A stretch of 64,000 nucleotides of DNA. It comes from Patescibacteria group bacterium. Lineage in GTDB: Bacteria > Patescibacteriota > Patescibacteriia > JAHIZJ01. Positions 29,001 to 38,563 of this stretch are shown one piece after another. The DNA lies in assembly GCA_028714495.1 (NCBI GenBank), contig JAQTMH010000001.1:245036-309035 (forward strand). Reading direction: 5' to 3'. The translations under genes and the position numbers were made by a program. Every line of letters begins with the position of its first letter. Position 1 is the stretch's first letter. Below the pieces are notes generated by a model, which was not told where the DNA came from, searched no databases, and saw only the letters and a list, made by a program, of their open reading frames with translations.

Positions 29001-29771
29001 CCCACCATTGTCTATCCGACAAACAACACGATTGTCGAAACGCCAAAACCGACTATCACCGGACTCTCCGTTTCAAACACCGACGTTTTCCTGATTCTCG
29101 ACGGTGAAATCCTGGAGGTGGTCAAAGCGTCAACCGGCCGCGGGGGCACTGGCAATTATCACTACTCCGTGAAACAGCCACTGGCCTATGGCTGGCATAC
29201 TCTGGCTGTCCGGGCCCGCAACGCTGATGCCAAGGTAAGCGCCGAGTCAACCGCCATCCGTTTCAAAATTGACCCGCCCTTTATCACCCCGACTATCTTT
29301 CCACCGATTATCGTGGATGCTAAAAACGCCAGTATCCGGTTAGTCGGCCTCTCAGCGGCTAATTCAACAATTCTCGTTTATCTGGACGGCATTGTCATTG
29401 ACACGTTTTCCGTTGGTAGCGGCCAAAAGGGCACGGCTTCATTTTGGCGGGATGTCAAAAATCTCAAACCCGGAAAACACACCATTCAGCTTCAAGCTCA
29501 AAATATCATTGGGAAACTCAGCCACAAAACTCCTGAATACACTTTTAGCATCATCCAGCCTGCCAATGATAAGTTTTTCCGGCCACAACTCTTCTTCCGC
29601 TACGTCGTGCGGCTAGGCGATTCACTCTGGAGGATCTCCAAGTTGATTTACGGCAAGGGCAGCTTTTGGGAATTGATTCTCGACGTAAATAAAGTAAAGT
29701 TTCCTTCAATTCTCAATCCCGATAGGATGCTCCAGCCCGGCTGGCTGCTGAACATTCCACGAATCGATTAA
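23010..29771 (+). CDS. Giant surface protein: M14 carboxypeptidase-like domain, beta-rich stalk, FN3-like repeats, Ig-like domains, LysM
   Basis: ARQHGMEP, PMMNPDG, NRDW and DVH motifs; repeated W.T...YG....Y...LT.L.PGT.YHY units; C-terminal YVVRLGDSLWRIS. Confidence 0.8.
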   Translation: MLRVLHRQYRKNVTCDQGGSRIRSSLYFAFGIGVAISALVAIGLTVFVPHPVVADTTATLEQNAFRFYVDNDLVQPADPWPAGATDLAENAAITTADVPPDDANLIRMRMSLGITGDTLAAGSQDFKLQYGEGTDCAAIVSWNDVGAASSATIWRGESDTNPADGTTISSALLSTAGTLQTYEEQNNSALNPNQATAGQSAEWDWLVENNGALHDTTYCFRMVKSDGTALNTYTQYPKIQTEATVFDSTLEGGNGASFTKPYTGDASKISFASELDGGGPLGPCTDARRQNWFYFSMSNALNQTLTIKLINAMAGSNENTDWVDHKPVYSYDQVNWYRISSTGTVSGSDMIYTFPGAGIEFTSDTVYIAHGIPYTYTDSENDLTTWSASPYVTVTDIGNSVQSRMMHLVTIQDTASPITAANKKVYWFIARQHGMEPMGSYAIQGVINFLIGSSDEAKLMRRTSIFKIIPMMNPDGAYQGWTTANAEYCNENRDWTDLVPNPATETDEVYNAHYAIHDWMTNGTPADAEVITDVHTRCANPGVYTGDAVYDGNRENPYEVLWKILDGNDHDDEFTYSGTAGLFNVEMYDQYYPTWGTEVFNTEGTTYDFVDHTYPTAATAAAYEVSYLKTIWAMRETSSSVFLLTQVDPTGATTPPQYTVVGSPSQYFAVFNNDKGGGISDWYDRENDQYLLNNLVDADSVLDPIDWNDGSAVRSLISTTNATFSVANNSGNRTEFSYSGELAGISGEDYILNRVIWGDGRIWTKFSLTNTTGSTIDWGEMKNSVNIDFAEAANFTASRDNSDDTPTPGTDNWWGMLGTGAMKSSAIAHYVGQSGGWTYDTYNTASDATYGKSNWYSDADGPTLTDGSTISTTVSYQVRPDTDVMSNEAAIDVYRNDIASPDTPTMTTGTFSSFDKQEGGLSFAADNNRVIFTYTNADTVTKKKPTYTITDYAASTAPVLSVNNAFLDGEDGSAHTGTTHTSTTYTSSVDTTNDIAYVQYLSDISANQKIRIGDLLYLDNVTVSGNIYSDEGTTPIDCSLGNKTVALRVAGAGTYTAECTLDTGAFSIGSITIDNPSDIVTVFLDGETEKAVTVTRAADLITTIDDIDLYQNRVVVRHEDAGPTTNANLDAYDSGNDDDIPFTVTGGALTVPTGTELHVWSGSTYTPGGSITTNATGGDLHIDDTATATLGSGTASIGRDILVDTGATLNLNVDTSIGGGDITTAGTATVTTSSGTPTITVSGSGSLGGGANVLTFYNLTLSGTPTLASNITVNNNLTLPSSVTAGTKAVTMAGTAGVLTGGGATLYDLTINPTSAGTITLSTSDLTVSHTLAVASGDTLSLGASRTLTSGTGGSVSISGTISGSGTLVIQNSSLGTGGTLSAPVSFDATSGALTLPVRTYGGAVTVTNTGATDRTVTAGSGTLALASDLTLSMSGAGTTTLNLDTNDPTATVTGDTTIGSDTTLIASSDSTLSLKGDYANSGTFTHSSGTVAVAGTTLQTFSGTMISTSAFNNLTLTNASGSSTGCSDAFTPGIRFSDPATVANTYTITTGDVKVEYDSGSTYTLNDINWNGQAAGTPIIFRNSTLTSGTWLLAISGSQNAISYVDVARSDASSGDLILADDGTNTDCSSNTNWQFDTPAVYSNIESAAEPTSLIITWTSNEGTTSQVQYGLTDSYGLETTEVVDLETSHTVEVSGLDSDTQYHYRVTGTDSYGNRTTSSDQVATTLSATTISETSADEITATSAVINWTTSRTTTSIVDYGLTTSYGDEATDSASTIDHSLALTGLTPGTTYHYQISGLDSYGLTANSGDLTFTTLPATTLSNIEVTNLTLTSATITWQTNHAATAHVDYGLTEEYDKSSATETGTTEPSFTLTDLTPGTTYHYRVISVGNTEAISADATFTTLPTTAISDIQVVGITTSTATLTWKTNHAANSKVKYGESTTYGSEVSDSALTVDHSFTLTGLKSGAVYHYFVTSVGNTETSSADATFTTYIPTPTIVYPTNNTIVETPKPTITGLSVSNTDVFLILDGEILEVVKASTGRGGTGNYHYSVKQPLAYGWHTLAVRARNADAKVSAESTAIRFKIDPPFITPTIFPPIIVDAKNASIRLVGLSAANSTILVYLDGIVIDTFSVGSGQKGTASFWRDVKNLKPGKHTIQLQAQNIIGKLSHKTPEYTFSIIQPANDKFFRPQLFFRYVVRLGDSLWRISKLIYGKGSFWELILDVNKVKFPSILNPDRMLQPGWLLNIPRID

Positions 29772-29902
29772 AGCTATATATAAAATCGTCCCTAGTGAAA
29801 AACGGGGGATGGTTTTTATTGTAAAAGCCTTAAACCTGCCCTCAATTCCTCATTCAACTAATTAACTAATCAACCAATAAACTAATTAACTAATTTTTGT
29901 AA

Positions 29903-31357
29903 TTACTTCGGCCTCGCGTCGACAATCCTCTTATCTTTCAATTCCGTCTCCATCCCGACCTTCTGAAGCAGCGCGGCTAAATCGCATGGCTGGACGGTTA
30001 CGCTAACTCCCACATCGCTGTAAATCATTTTTTCCAGGCGATGCTGAAATTGATCGAAATCAAGGCCGTCTTTGGTTGCTACCTCAACGATCAGTTCGTC
30101 AACTTCGAAAGGATCATTATTTTTCTTCTGAATTGTCACCTGCCACTCTTCGATTTCTTTAATACCCGAGAGCAATGGAAAGAAGTTATTTAAGTTGACC
30201 AGTTCGCCCTTGACCTTAGTTAAGTTAAATTCTTTGACCTCGGAATTTCTCTGAATATCCGGACGGATCCGGGGAACAGTCCGGCCGCAATTAGGACAGG
30301 GTTCATAATCAATGCCTTGGCACGTATCGCCAGTCTTATAGCGCAGAACCGCTGAACCGCGCCAGTCCAGGGCCGAGTAAATCAGCTCGCCTGGTTCGCC
30401 CTCCTTTACCGGCCGGCCCTCCTTATCAACTACTTCAAAATATTCGATATCCGGATATAGGTGATAGCCCGACTCTTCGCTACACTGAATCCAGGCGGTT
30501 TTACCTTCAGTCAGCGCGTAAGTAGCATAAATCCTTGGATTCTTCGCGCCCCGCTGCTGAAGCAGCTCGCGCACCTTTTCCCGCAAACCCGGACTGACCC
30601 GCTCGCCGCCGAAAACTACGTGCTGGACGCTCGATAAATCTCTTTTTTGATTGACTGCTTCGCGGATCACGTGATAGCAATAGCCGGGGATAAAAATTAA
30701 GATGCCGGCCTTTAATCTTTCAATCGCGTCTAAAATCTTCTGCGTACCCATTACCTTGCCACCGCCGGTCTGCAAACTGGTGATACCCAGCTTGACCAGA
30801 GCGTAATGAGCCAGCCAAAAAGCTAAGTGTGGCGAATAGGGAAACCCGTTTAGGGCAAAAAGGCTCCGATCAACATTTATTACATTGAACATCCGCTCGC
30901 CGCTTTCCTTCAATATTTCCAAATCGTAAGCCGAATAAACAAAGGGCGTGGGCAGAGCGGTCCGGCCGGTCGTAAAATGCATGTGGACGGGTTTGAATTC
31001 CCATTCCAATTTCCGCTGCACGTTTTGACCGGTGATCTTGCCCCAGATTATTTTTGCCAGCTGGCTTTTTGGAGCGTATTTTTTTATTAATTTTTCATCG
31101 GGCTGGAGAATAAATTGGCGCGGCTTGGCTCGATCATCTTCGGTCGGCGCCAAATCAGCCTTTGAAGTAAAAGGTAATTTTATTAAATCGCTGGTCGATC
31201 TGATATCCGAATAGCATAAATTGTTTTTCTTAAACAGCTCGCGGTAGTACGGGCTGTAGGGAATATAATGTCTGATAAAAGTCCGGAGTTTCTTGTTTTG
31301 AAGTGCCTGAATCTTTTCTTTCGGCAAATGCGATAATTTTGACCAAGATTCAACCAT
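29903..31357 (-). CDS. AMP-dependent ligase, phenylacetate-CoA ligase (PaaK)-like
   Basis: LPFTSKADL, FTTGRT, GGERV, YALTE, LRYKTGD. Confidence 0.82.
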   Translation of the reverse strand: MVESWSKLSHLPKEKIQALQNKKLRTFIRHYIPYSPYYRELFKKNNLCYSDIRSTSDLIKLPFTSKADLAPTEDDRAKPRQFILQPDEKLIKKYAPKSQLAKIIWGKITGQNVQRKLEWEFKPVHMHFTTGRTALPTPFVYSAYDLEILKESGERMFNVINVDRSLFALNGFPYSPHLAFWLAHYALVKLGITSLQTGGGKVMGTQKILDAIERLKAGILIFIPGYCYHVIREAVNQKRDLSSVQHVVFGGERVSPGLREKVRELLQQRGAKNPRIYATYALTEGKTAWIQCSEESGYHLYPDIEYFEVVDKEGRPVKEGEPGELIYSALDWRGSAVLRYKTGDTCQGIDYEPCPNCGRTVPRIRPDIQRNSEVKEFNLTKVKGELVNLNNFFPLLSGIKEIEEWQVTIQKKNNDPFEVDELIVEVATKDGLDFDQFQHRLEKMIYSDVGVSVTVQPCDLAALLQKVGMETELKDKRIVDARPK

Positions 31358-31364
31358 ATTTTTA

Positions 31365-31976
31365 TTAAAATTTGTAAGTCTTTTGAGACAATCTGGCGAC
31401 CTCCTGCATGACTGCCCGCATAACTCGTTCCAAATTTTGGTCATTTATTTCTTCCGGGGGAAATCGCATTATCTGACCGACCCTCATTTCCACCTGGCCG
31501 CGCTTAAACAATAACAATTTTACTGAATGGAGGAAAGAGCGTCCGCTTGGTCCCCTTAAACCAATCGGCAAAACCGGCACCTGGCAGGTCAGGGCCAGCC
31601 GGGCCAGGCCCGATTTGCCACGCAAAAGTTCAGGTGAAGAATTTCTTATTCCCTCCGGAAAGATGGCGATTACCCAGCCGCTTTTTATTTTCTCGACAGC
31701 CTCGGCTAGAACACCGGCTTTGTTCTCGGGATTGATGGCAATTGTCGAGCCGGGAAACCAGCGTGCGTAATTATTGGTTTTTGAAATAAAACAGACTTCT
31801 CGACCGGTAATATCAGAAATTGCCAAAGCCAGCCGGATGCCGTCCAGGTAATCGATATGGTTCGCGGCGATTAAAAATGGCCCCTGCTTTGGAACGTTCT
31901 CGAGCCCGGCCACTAAACGAAAATTTCGTTTAAACAGACTCCCAGCAATGAACCGTGTTCTAAAATATGGCTTCAT
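31365..31976 (-). CDS. PlsC-family acyltransferase
   Basis: NHIDYLD and IFPEG motifs. Confidence 0.88.
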   Translation of the reverse strand: MKPYFRTRFIAGSLFKRNFRLVAGLENVPKQGPFLIAANHIDYLDGIRLALAISDITGREVCFISKTNNYARWFPGSTIAINPENKAGVLAEAVEKIKSGWVIAIFPEGIRNSSPELLRGKSGLARLALTCQVPVLPIGLRGPSGRSFLHSVKLLLFKRGQVEMRVGQIMRFPPEEINDQNLERVMRAVMQEVARLSQKTYKF

Positions 31977-31977
31977 G

Positions 31978-32613
31978 TCAGTATGGATAAATTTTATGGC
32001 AGAGTTCGCCGATCGCGCCCATGATATCCCGGGTAATGGACTCCAATCTTTCCTTGGTAATTTCCTGGCCAGGCTCGCTTGAAAACTCTAAGGGCTTTCC
32101 CAAGACTATGCCTAGCGGCTGGCGGGTAAAGAAAAAGGTCTTGATGGCTCCTCCGATTGTCCGCAGAGGTGGAGCGATAACCCCGATTGGTACGACGGGC
32201 AAATCCGTAGCCAGAACTAAACGCGCCGCGCCGGTTTTGCCTTTTTTCAGCTGCTGGGTATCATAATTGCGACCGCCTTCCGGAAAAATCCCGATATTTT
32301 TACCTGCTTTAACCGCGGTCTTGGCAATCTCAATGACCTGAGCTTTATTATCTGGCGGGATCGAAATCATTCCCAAAAAGCGCTCGCCGATCAGCCGGCC
32401 AAACCACTTGGCTACACCTTTGTGTGTCAGATAATAGGCCCGAGCATTTCTCTCAACTGCCAAGACAATACCGATCATTGGGGCGTCAAGGTAGCTGACG
32501 TGATTAGCCACTAAAATATATGGCGTTTGGATGGGTAAATTCTCCAGCCCAGTGACATAAATCCTGCGCCGGAAAAGCCGCATCAAAGTTTGGCGTAAAA
32601 TTGGATAGGCCAT
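31978..32613 (-). CDS. PlsC-family acyltransferase
   Basis: NHVSYLD and IFPEGGR motifs. Confidence 0.88.
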   Translation of the reverse strand: MAYPILRQTLMRLFRRRIYVTGLENLPIQTPYILVANHVSYLDAPMIGIVLAVERNARAYYLTHKGVAKWFGRLIGERFLGMISIPPDNKAQVIEIAKTAVKAGKNIGIFPEGGRNYDTQQLKKGKTGAARLVLATDLPVVPIGVIAPPLRTIGGAIKTFFFTRQPLGIVLGKPLEFSSEPGQEITKERLESITRDIMGAIGELCHKIYPY

Positions 32614-32688
32614 AGACTTTTAGTATCAAATTTCGAAGCACGAAATCCTAAACTTTAAACTGTTTACTTCGATATCCGGATTTCGAAA

Positions 32689-33297
32689 TTAATGCTTATA
32701 GAGTTTGCCGCACAATCCGGCTATTTTCTCCATTACCACCGTAGTCCTGTTACAAAGCTCTTTATAGGTGGTAACTGTTTTGTCCTGACGCGGGAAGGTG
32801 ATGGGTTGACCAAAAATAATTTGAATATTGCGTTTCGGCGAAAAAAATTTCCAAATCGCCCTCAGTGGGTTGACTCCGCTGGTACCGATAATCCCGGCTG
32901 GAACAACCGGATAACCAGACCAAAGCGCTAATCGAGTCACGCCAGTTTTGCCCCGATTCAAAGTCCGTATGCCATTGGCTCGGCCCTCTGGAAAAATTCC
33001 GATAATCTGATTGCTCGCTAAAAGCTTTAAACCCGAATTAACCACTTTGGCTGGATTTTTTTTATCAACTGGCAAGGCGCCGAGACTTTTATATTTCTTT
33101 GTGGCCGCCACGAAAAAAACCTGCTTTTTCAAAAGACTGAAAATAACGCTGATCAGAATGGCCGAGTCGAGCCAGCTCGAGTGATTCGCCGCGACAATAA
33201 ACCCGCTTTGCTTCGGAAGATTTTCCGCCCCTTCGATCCGAGCCACGCCTTTCCGCAAAAGTGGAATAATGGTGTATCTCAGCGGGCCATAGGGCAT
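32689..33297 (-). CDS. PlsC-family acyltransferase
   Basis: NHSSWLD and IFPEGR motifs. Confidence 0.88.
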   Translation of the reverse strand: MPYGPLRYTIIPLLRKGVARIEGAENLPKQSGFIVAANHSSWLDSAILISVIFSLLKKQVFFVAATKKYKSLGALPVDKKNPAKVVNSGLKLLASNQIIGIFPEGRANGIRTLNRGKTGVTRLALWSGYPVVPAGIIGTSGVNPLRAIWKFFSPKRNIQIIFGQPITFPRQDKTVTTYKELCNRTTVVMEKIAGLCGKLYKH

Positions 33298-33303
33298 TGG
33301 CTT

Positions 33304-35298
33304 TTAAACTATCAATGAAATTATTAGCAGCGCGACAATATTCAGAATTTTTATCATCGGGTTGATGGCTGGACCGGCCGTGTCTTTGTAAGGATCGCCG
33401 ACCGTGTCTCCGGTTACCGCCGCTTGATGGGCTAGCGAGCCCTTGCCGCCGTGGTGGCCTTCTTCAATATATTTCTTGGCATTGTCCCAGGCCGCTCCGC
33501 CAGTAGTCATTGAGATTGCCACAAATATCCCGGTAACGATACTGCCGACCAAAACTCCGCCTAAAACCACCGGCCCGAGCAGAAAACCCACGGCAATCGG
33601 TATAACCACCGGGATTAAGGCGGGCACAACCATTTGCTTGATAGCAGATCTGGTGACGATATCAACCGCCTGGCTGTAGTCGGCTTCGGCCTGGCCTTCC
33701 ATTAAGCCTTTGATTTCTTTGAATTGGCGTCTGACTTCAGTCACCACCGCGCCAGCTGCCCGGCCCACAGCTTCCATGGACAAAGCCGCGAAGAAATAAG
33801 GCAAGAGTCCGCCGATGAATAGTCCGACTAAGACTTTCGGGTCAGACAAAATAAAATTAAATACTTTATCGGACGCACCCAGCTCCTGAACGTATGAAGC
33901 GAAGAGGACTAAAGCCGCCAGACCGGCTGAACCAATCGCATAACCTTTGGTCACGGCCTTGGTAGTATTGCCGACAGCGTCCAATTGATCAGTCACGGTT
34001 CTGACCGAATCAGGAAGTTCGGACATCTCGGCAATTCCGCCAGCGTTGTCCGTAATCGGCCCGTAGGCGTCAATTGCCACGATTATGCCGGTCAGCGACA
34101 ACATAGCCACGACTGCCAGAGCCACTCCGTAGATTCCGGCCAAACCATGCGCCACTAAAATTCCAGCTACAATTACTAACACCGGCCAAGCCGTGGATTT
34201 CATCGAGATGGCCAAGCCGCTAATTATATTTGTGGCGTGGCCGGTTTCCGATGATTTGGCAATGTGCCGAACCGGCGGGTATTTTTTCGAGGTATAATAT
34301 TCCGTGATCATCACGATCGCCGCGGTCACCACCAAGCCAACCAGAAGCGACAAATAAATCCGCCAGACCGAATAATCAGCTAAATCGCTCATTAACCACC
34401 GCGTAATCGGGTAAAAAGCGGCCGCCGCCAATAATCCGCTTAAACCCAGGCCGCGATAAAGCGCGCCCATGACATTATTATTCTTCCCCAGCCTGACCAC
34501 GAGCGTTCCAATAATCGAGGCGACGATTGAAACCGCGCCGATAGCCAGCGGAAAAACCAAGCCATTGCTAAATCCTTTGAAAAGCAAAGAACTTAAGAGC
34601 ATCGCGGCTACTACTGTCACGGCGTAGGTTTCAAAAAGATCGGCAGCCATGCCCGCGCAATCGCCCACGTTATCTCCGACATTGTCGGCAATCACCGCCG
34701 GATTACGCGGATCGTCTTCAGGTATGCCGGCCTCAACCTTGCCCACCAGGTCAGCGCCGACATCGGCGGCTTTCGTATAAATGCCTCCGCCCAGACGGGC
34801 AAACACTGAAATCAAGCTGCCGCCGAAGCCCAGGCCGATCAGGGCTTTTAAATCATTGGTCAAAGCGAAAAATCCGGCCACTCCCAAAAGCGCCAGACCG
34901 ACTACCAAAAGTCCAGTTATTGATCCGCCGCGGAAAGCCACGGCCAAAGCCTGCTTTAAACCCTTCTGGGCTTGGTCAGCTGTTCGGACATTGGCCCGAA
35001 CCGAGATATTCATCCCGATATAACCGGCGGCTGCCGAAAAAACCGCTCCGACTAGAAAGCCCAGGGCAGTTTTATAACCGAGAAAACCCCAGAGCAGAGC
35101 AAATAAAATAACGGCGATAATGCCGACAGTCCGATACTGCCGGTTGAGGTAGGCTTGCGCGCCTTTCTGAATCGCCTGGGCAATTTTTTGCATTCGTTCA
35201 TTGCCCTTGGGCAGACGTAAAACTAAACGGATGAGGATGGCTCCGTAGGCAAGCGCTGCCAGGCTCGCCAGCAAGGCAAAAAGGGTTGCACTCGACAT
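33304..35298 (-). CDS. hppA: Membrane-bound pyrophosphatase, K+-independent H+-pumping type
   Basis: [11 protein letters not shown] and DNVGDNVGD; GNTTKA carries Lys at the K+-dependence position. Confidence 0.93.
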   Translation of the reverse strand: MSSATLFALLASLAALAYGAILIRLVLRLPKGNERMQKIAQAIQKGAQAYLNRQYRTVGIIAVILFALLWGFLGYKTALGFLVGAVFSAAAGYIGMNISVRANVRTADQAQKGLKQALAVAFRGGSITGLLVVGLALLGVAGFFALTNDLKALIGLGFGGSLISVFARLGGGIYTKAADVGADLVGKVEAGIPEDDPRNPAVIADNVGDNVGDCAGMAADLFETYAVTVVAAMLLSSLLFKGFSNGLVFPLAIGAVSIVASIIGTLVVRLGKNNNVMGALYRGLGLSGLLAAAAFYPITRWLMSDLADYSVWRIYLSLLVGLVVTAAIVMITEYYTSKKYPPVRHIAKSSETGHATNIISGLAISMKSTAWPVLVIVAGILVAHGLAGIYGVALAVVAMLSLTGIIVAIDAYGPITDNAGGIAEMSELPDSVRTVTDQLDAVGNTTKAVTKGYAIGSAGLAALVLFASYVQELGASDKVFNFILSDPKVLVGLFIGGLLPYFFAALSMEAVGRAAGAVVTEVRRQFKEIKGLMEGQAEADYSQAVDIVTRSAIKQMVVPALIPVVIPIAVGFLLGPVVLGGVLVGSIVTGIFVAISMTTGGAAWDNAKKYIEEGHHGGKGSLAHQAAVTGDTVGDPYKDTAGPAINPMIKILNIVALLIISLIV

Positions 35299-35321
35299 AG
35301 TGTGTTTCGAAAATTAAAAAT

Positions 35322-36731
35322 TTATTCTTTATCTGGAGAAGGCTCTTCCTTCTCTGTTTTTTTCTTGCGTTTGGGCTTGACTGTCGGCTTCTCTTCCTTG
35401 ACTTTTTCCGCGGCTGGTTTTTCCTCGATCTTCTCCTCGACAACTGTTTCGTTCTTTGGTTCTTCCGCGACTGGCTCGGTCTTTGTTTCGTCAACATCCT
35501 TTTCAGCCTTTTCTTCAGTTTTGGGCGGGACCGTATCACCCTCTCTGATAATATCAATCTTCCAGCCAGTTAATCTGGCGGCGAGTCGGACGTTTTGTCC
35601 TCCCCGGCCGATGGCCAGTGATAATTGGTCTTCCTTGACCTCAGCCAGGGCGGTTTTTTCCGCCTCCTTGGTCTGGACGCTTAAAACCTTAGCCGGTGCC
35701 AGGGCATTGATGATAAATTTAACCGGGTCTTCTTCATATTCCACAATATCGATTTTTTCTCCGCCCAACTCCGAAATGACCGTTTGAACCCGGGTTCCGC
35801 GCTGACCCACGCACGAGCCGACCGGGTCAATGTTCGGCTCCAGGGAGGCGACGGCAATTTTCGTCCGCGAACCGGCCTCACGGGCGATTGATTTAATCTC
35901 CACCGCGCCCGAAGCGATTTCCGGCACCTCAAACTCGAAAAGTCTTTTCACCATTTCTGGGTGGGACCGCGACACAATAATCTCCGGTCCTTTTGGCGCC
36001 TGGCTGATGTTGACCAGGTAGAACTTCAGGCGCAGGCCTGGCTGGTAACTCTCACTCTCAACTCGTTCAGAGGGCGGCATGATTGCCGCGGTATCGCCTA
36101 AATCGACGAAAGTTAATTTACCCTCAACCCGCTGGATTGTCCCATTGATTATCTGGCCTTCTTTGTCCTTATAATGCTTAAAGACCGTTTCACGTTCAGC
36201 TTCGCGCAACCTCTGGATAATAACTTGCTTGGCTGTTTGGGCGGCCATCCGGCCATAGGCTTGGGGCGGGAATAATTCTGTTTTTATCACGTCGTCAACT
36301 TTTGCCTTAGGATTGTTTTTCTTGACTTCCTCAAGGGGTATCATGGTTTTCGGATCGTACGCCTTTTTTGCCTCAGCTTCGTCTTCAGCCGGTTCAGCGG
36401 TTTCTTTTTTATCCCCAACCTCTTTCTCTACCTCTTTCTTCTCGGTAATCGGAGCCAACTTGTTCTCTTGGAAAGCCTTTCTCCGCTCTTCCCGTTTTCG
36501 CTCTTCCTCTTCAATTTCTTCCTGCGTAATATCCACGACTGTTTTCACGTCGAAAACACGGCTTTGGGCCGTCTCAGTATTGAATTCAACCTTGATGTTC
36601 TGATTTTTTTCACCAAAATCCTTGCGGTAGGCCACCGCTAACGCCGCTTCGATCGTTTCAATAACCGACTCTACCGGAATATTCTTTTCCTCGCAGATTT
36701 GTTTGATTGCCTGGGTGATTGGGGAACTCAT
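35322..36731 (-). CDS. nusA: Transcription termination/antitermination factor NusA
   Basis: GRMAAQTAKQ, AREAGSRTK, LAIGRGGQNVRLA. Confidence 0.96.
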   Translation of the reverse strand: MSSPITQAIKQICEEKNIPVESVIETIEAALAVAYRKDFGEKNQNIKVEFNTETAQSRVFDVKTVVDITQEEIEEEERKREERRKAFQENKLAPITEKKEVEKEVGDKKETAEPAEDEAEAKKAYDPKTMIPLEEVKKNNPKAKVDDVIKTELFPPQAYGRMAAQTAKQVIIQRLREAERETVFKHYKDKEGQIINGTIQRVEGKLTFVDLGDTAAIMPPSERVESESYQPGLRLKFYLVNISQAPKGPEIIVSRSHPEMVKRLFEFEVPEIASGAVEIKSIAREAGSRTKIAVASLEPNIDPVGSCVGQRGTRVQTVISELGGEKIDIVEYEEDPVKFIINALAPAKVLSVQTKEAEKTALAEVKEDQLSLAIGRGGQNVRLAARLTGWKIDIIREGDTVPPKTEEKAEKDVDETKTEPVAEEPKNETVVEEKIEEKPAAEKVKEEKPTVKPKRKKKTEKEEPSPDKE

Positions 36732-36913
36732 AGATCTATAGTCAATTTATAATTAATAATTCAGAAGGAAGAATGTTGGTTGTCCCGTTGCGGGATTTCC
36801 TAAATTGATAATTTTTAATTCTTAATTTTGAATTTCTTACTAAAATGGACCAGTTAATAAAGAACTAGTCCTAGCTTGAGTATAGCGGAACGGTAAAATC
36901 TTGGCAAGACTAA

Positions 36914-36941
36914 GTAGACGAGGATGGTCATCCTCGTCTAC
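36914..36941. repeat. GTAG-type REP-like palindrome
   Basis: GTAGACGAGGAT-GGTC-ATCCTCGTCTAC. Confidence 0.6.
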
Positions 36942-36954
36942 TTTATCTATTGTT

Positions 36955-38055
36955 CTATTTCATATCAGGCGGTGGCGGCGGGAAAAGCTGGTCGGTATGA
37001 TCCTCTTTTACTTCAGTCTTTTTTAATTCGGGGGGCGGTTCTTTATTCTCGGCAGGAGGCTTAAAGGGGTCAGGCGCCGGATTCTGGCGCGGTCGCCTCA
37101 CTAAGTTATCGATGAGTAGAATTAAGCCAACGGCCAAGATCATTAGGCCGACAACTAATAGCCAATTTGAATCCTCATCTTCATCAGTCTTTGCTGCCGT
37201 GGAATTTTCGGAGTTAGTATCGTCGGTTTTTTCTTCAGAGTTGGTCACCGGTGTTTTTTGGGTTTCCTGTCCGTCCGTTTTATCTGTTTCCTCGCCCTTC
37301 ACCTCGGTAGTTTTTTCACTTACTGCCTCTGGCGCCGGGTTCTGGGGAATAACAAATTCGATGATGGCCGAGGGTTGGCTGGCTTTGCCGTTTGGATCCT
37401 CGGCTAGCGCAAAAACCGTGTGCCGGCCTGGCGTCATTTCATAGTAAGTTTGATAGGAAAAGCTGGCCGCGCCAGATGGATGGTTTTTTACCATGAACTG
37501 GCCGTTTAATATCCCGTCGATATAAATCTTCACCAGCGAATCGTTAATCGCCAATCCGACAAACCATGGCTGGGTGGCTTTTGTCTGTTCATTTACCACC
37601 GGCTGAAACAGGGTCGGCGCCGACATTGGGTATTCCACGAAAAAGTTGAGCGTATTTGAGGATATACTCACTTGGCCCTTGGCGTCTGTAGCAGTTGTAA
37701 GCACCTTATGCCAGCCCGGCCGTAAATTTAAAAACGGCTCATAGCCAAAATTCGCCGTGCCAGAAGGGTCGTTTTTTACCATGAACTGGCCATTAAGCTC
37801 ATCATCAATAAACACCTTTATCAGCGAATCGTTCAAAGCCAACCCGGTGACAATGGGCTTGGTTTGGCTCGTGAAACTTCCGTCAGCCGGCGCGATTAGA
37901 GTTGGCGCGGGAAAAGCCGAGCCTTCGGCCACCGCGGCGGTAACTGAAGCTATCGGCCCGAATAAAACCGCGAAAATAATCAAAAAAACGAAAGCTATCT
38001 TCGTTTCTCGGTTTACCTTTTTCCCTCCTTTGGGCAAAAAGTTTATCTGTACCAT
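36955..38055 (-). CDS. Surface protein with two Ig-like repeats and C-terminal TM
   Basis: Duplicated GLA.NDSL.K..ID..LNGQFMVKN.PSG.A.F unit; TM followed by a Pro-rich tail. Confidence 0.75.
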   Translation of the reverse strand: MVQINFLPKGGKKVNRETKIAFVFLIIFAVLFGPIASVTAAVAEGSAFPAPTLIAPADGSFTSQTKPIVTGLALNDSLIKVFIDDELNGQFMVKNDPSGTANFGYEPFLNLRPGWHKVLTTATDAKGQVSISSNTLNFFVEYPMSAPTLFQPVVNEQTKATQPWFVGLAINDSLVKIYIDGILNGQFMVKNHPSGAASFSYQTYYEMTPGRHTVFALAEDPNGKASQPSAIIEFVIPQNPAPEAVSEKTTEVKGEETDKTDGQETQKTPVTNSEEKTDDTNSENSTAAKTDEDEDSNWLLVVGLMILAVGLILLIDNLVRRPRQNPAPDPFKPPAENKEPPPELKKTEVKEDHTDQLFPPPPPDMK

Positions 38056-38115
38056 CGCTCTGTTTATAAATTAGTTAATGTTTTTTCGGTCACTCCATCT
38101 TACAGTTTTATTACC

Positions 38116-38508
38116 TTAATCGTCAAGCGATTGATCGTCGAGATCGGAAATGGCGTTTTCTACATGTCTAATCTTGACCTTGTTTGATTGATTATCAAGT
38201 TCGACAACTATCAAATCGATCCGAAACCTTCTGTTTTCCAGCAAGTTTTTCATTAAATAATCTTGGGTTATTTTAGCTAAGGTTAGAGCCTTTTTATGTG
38301 TTATCGCTTCCTCTGCCAGTCCATATGTTTTACTTCTCCGGGTCTTTACTTCAACAAAAACAACCAGCTGGTTTTTCTGGCAGATTAAATCAAGTTCGCC
38401 TTTTTTAGTTCGGATGTTTTTCGCCAATACAATATAGCCCTGGTTTTCAAGATAACGCCGAGCCAGGGATTCGCCCAGCTGTCCAATTTTTATTTTTTCT
38501 TGGCCCAA
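38116..38508 (-). CDS. yraN: YraN family (UPF0102) putative endonuclease
   Basis: GQLGESLA, GELDLI, VFVEVKTR, RIDLI. Confidence 0.9.
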   Translation of the reverse strand: MGQEKIKIGQLGESLARRYLENQGYIVLAKNIRTKKGELDLICQKNQLVVFVEVKTRRSKTYGLAEEAITHKKALTLAKITQDYLMKNLLENRRFRIDLIVVELDNQSNKVKIRHVENAISDLDDQSLDD

Positions 38509-38563
38509 AATAGAAAAAGGCTTTCTCCCAAAAGCCGTCTTTTTGTCTAATTCTAGCTAAAAT

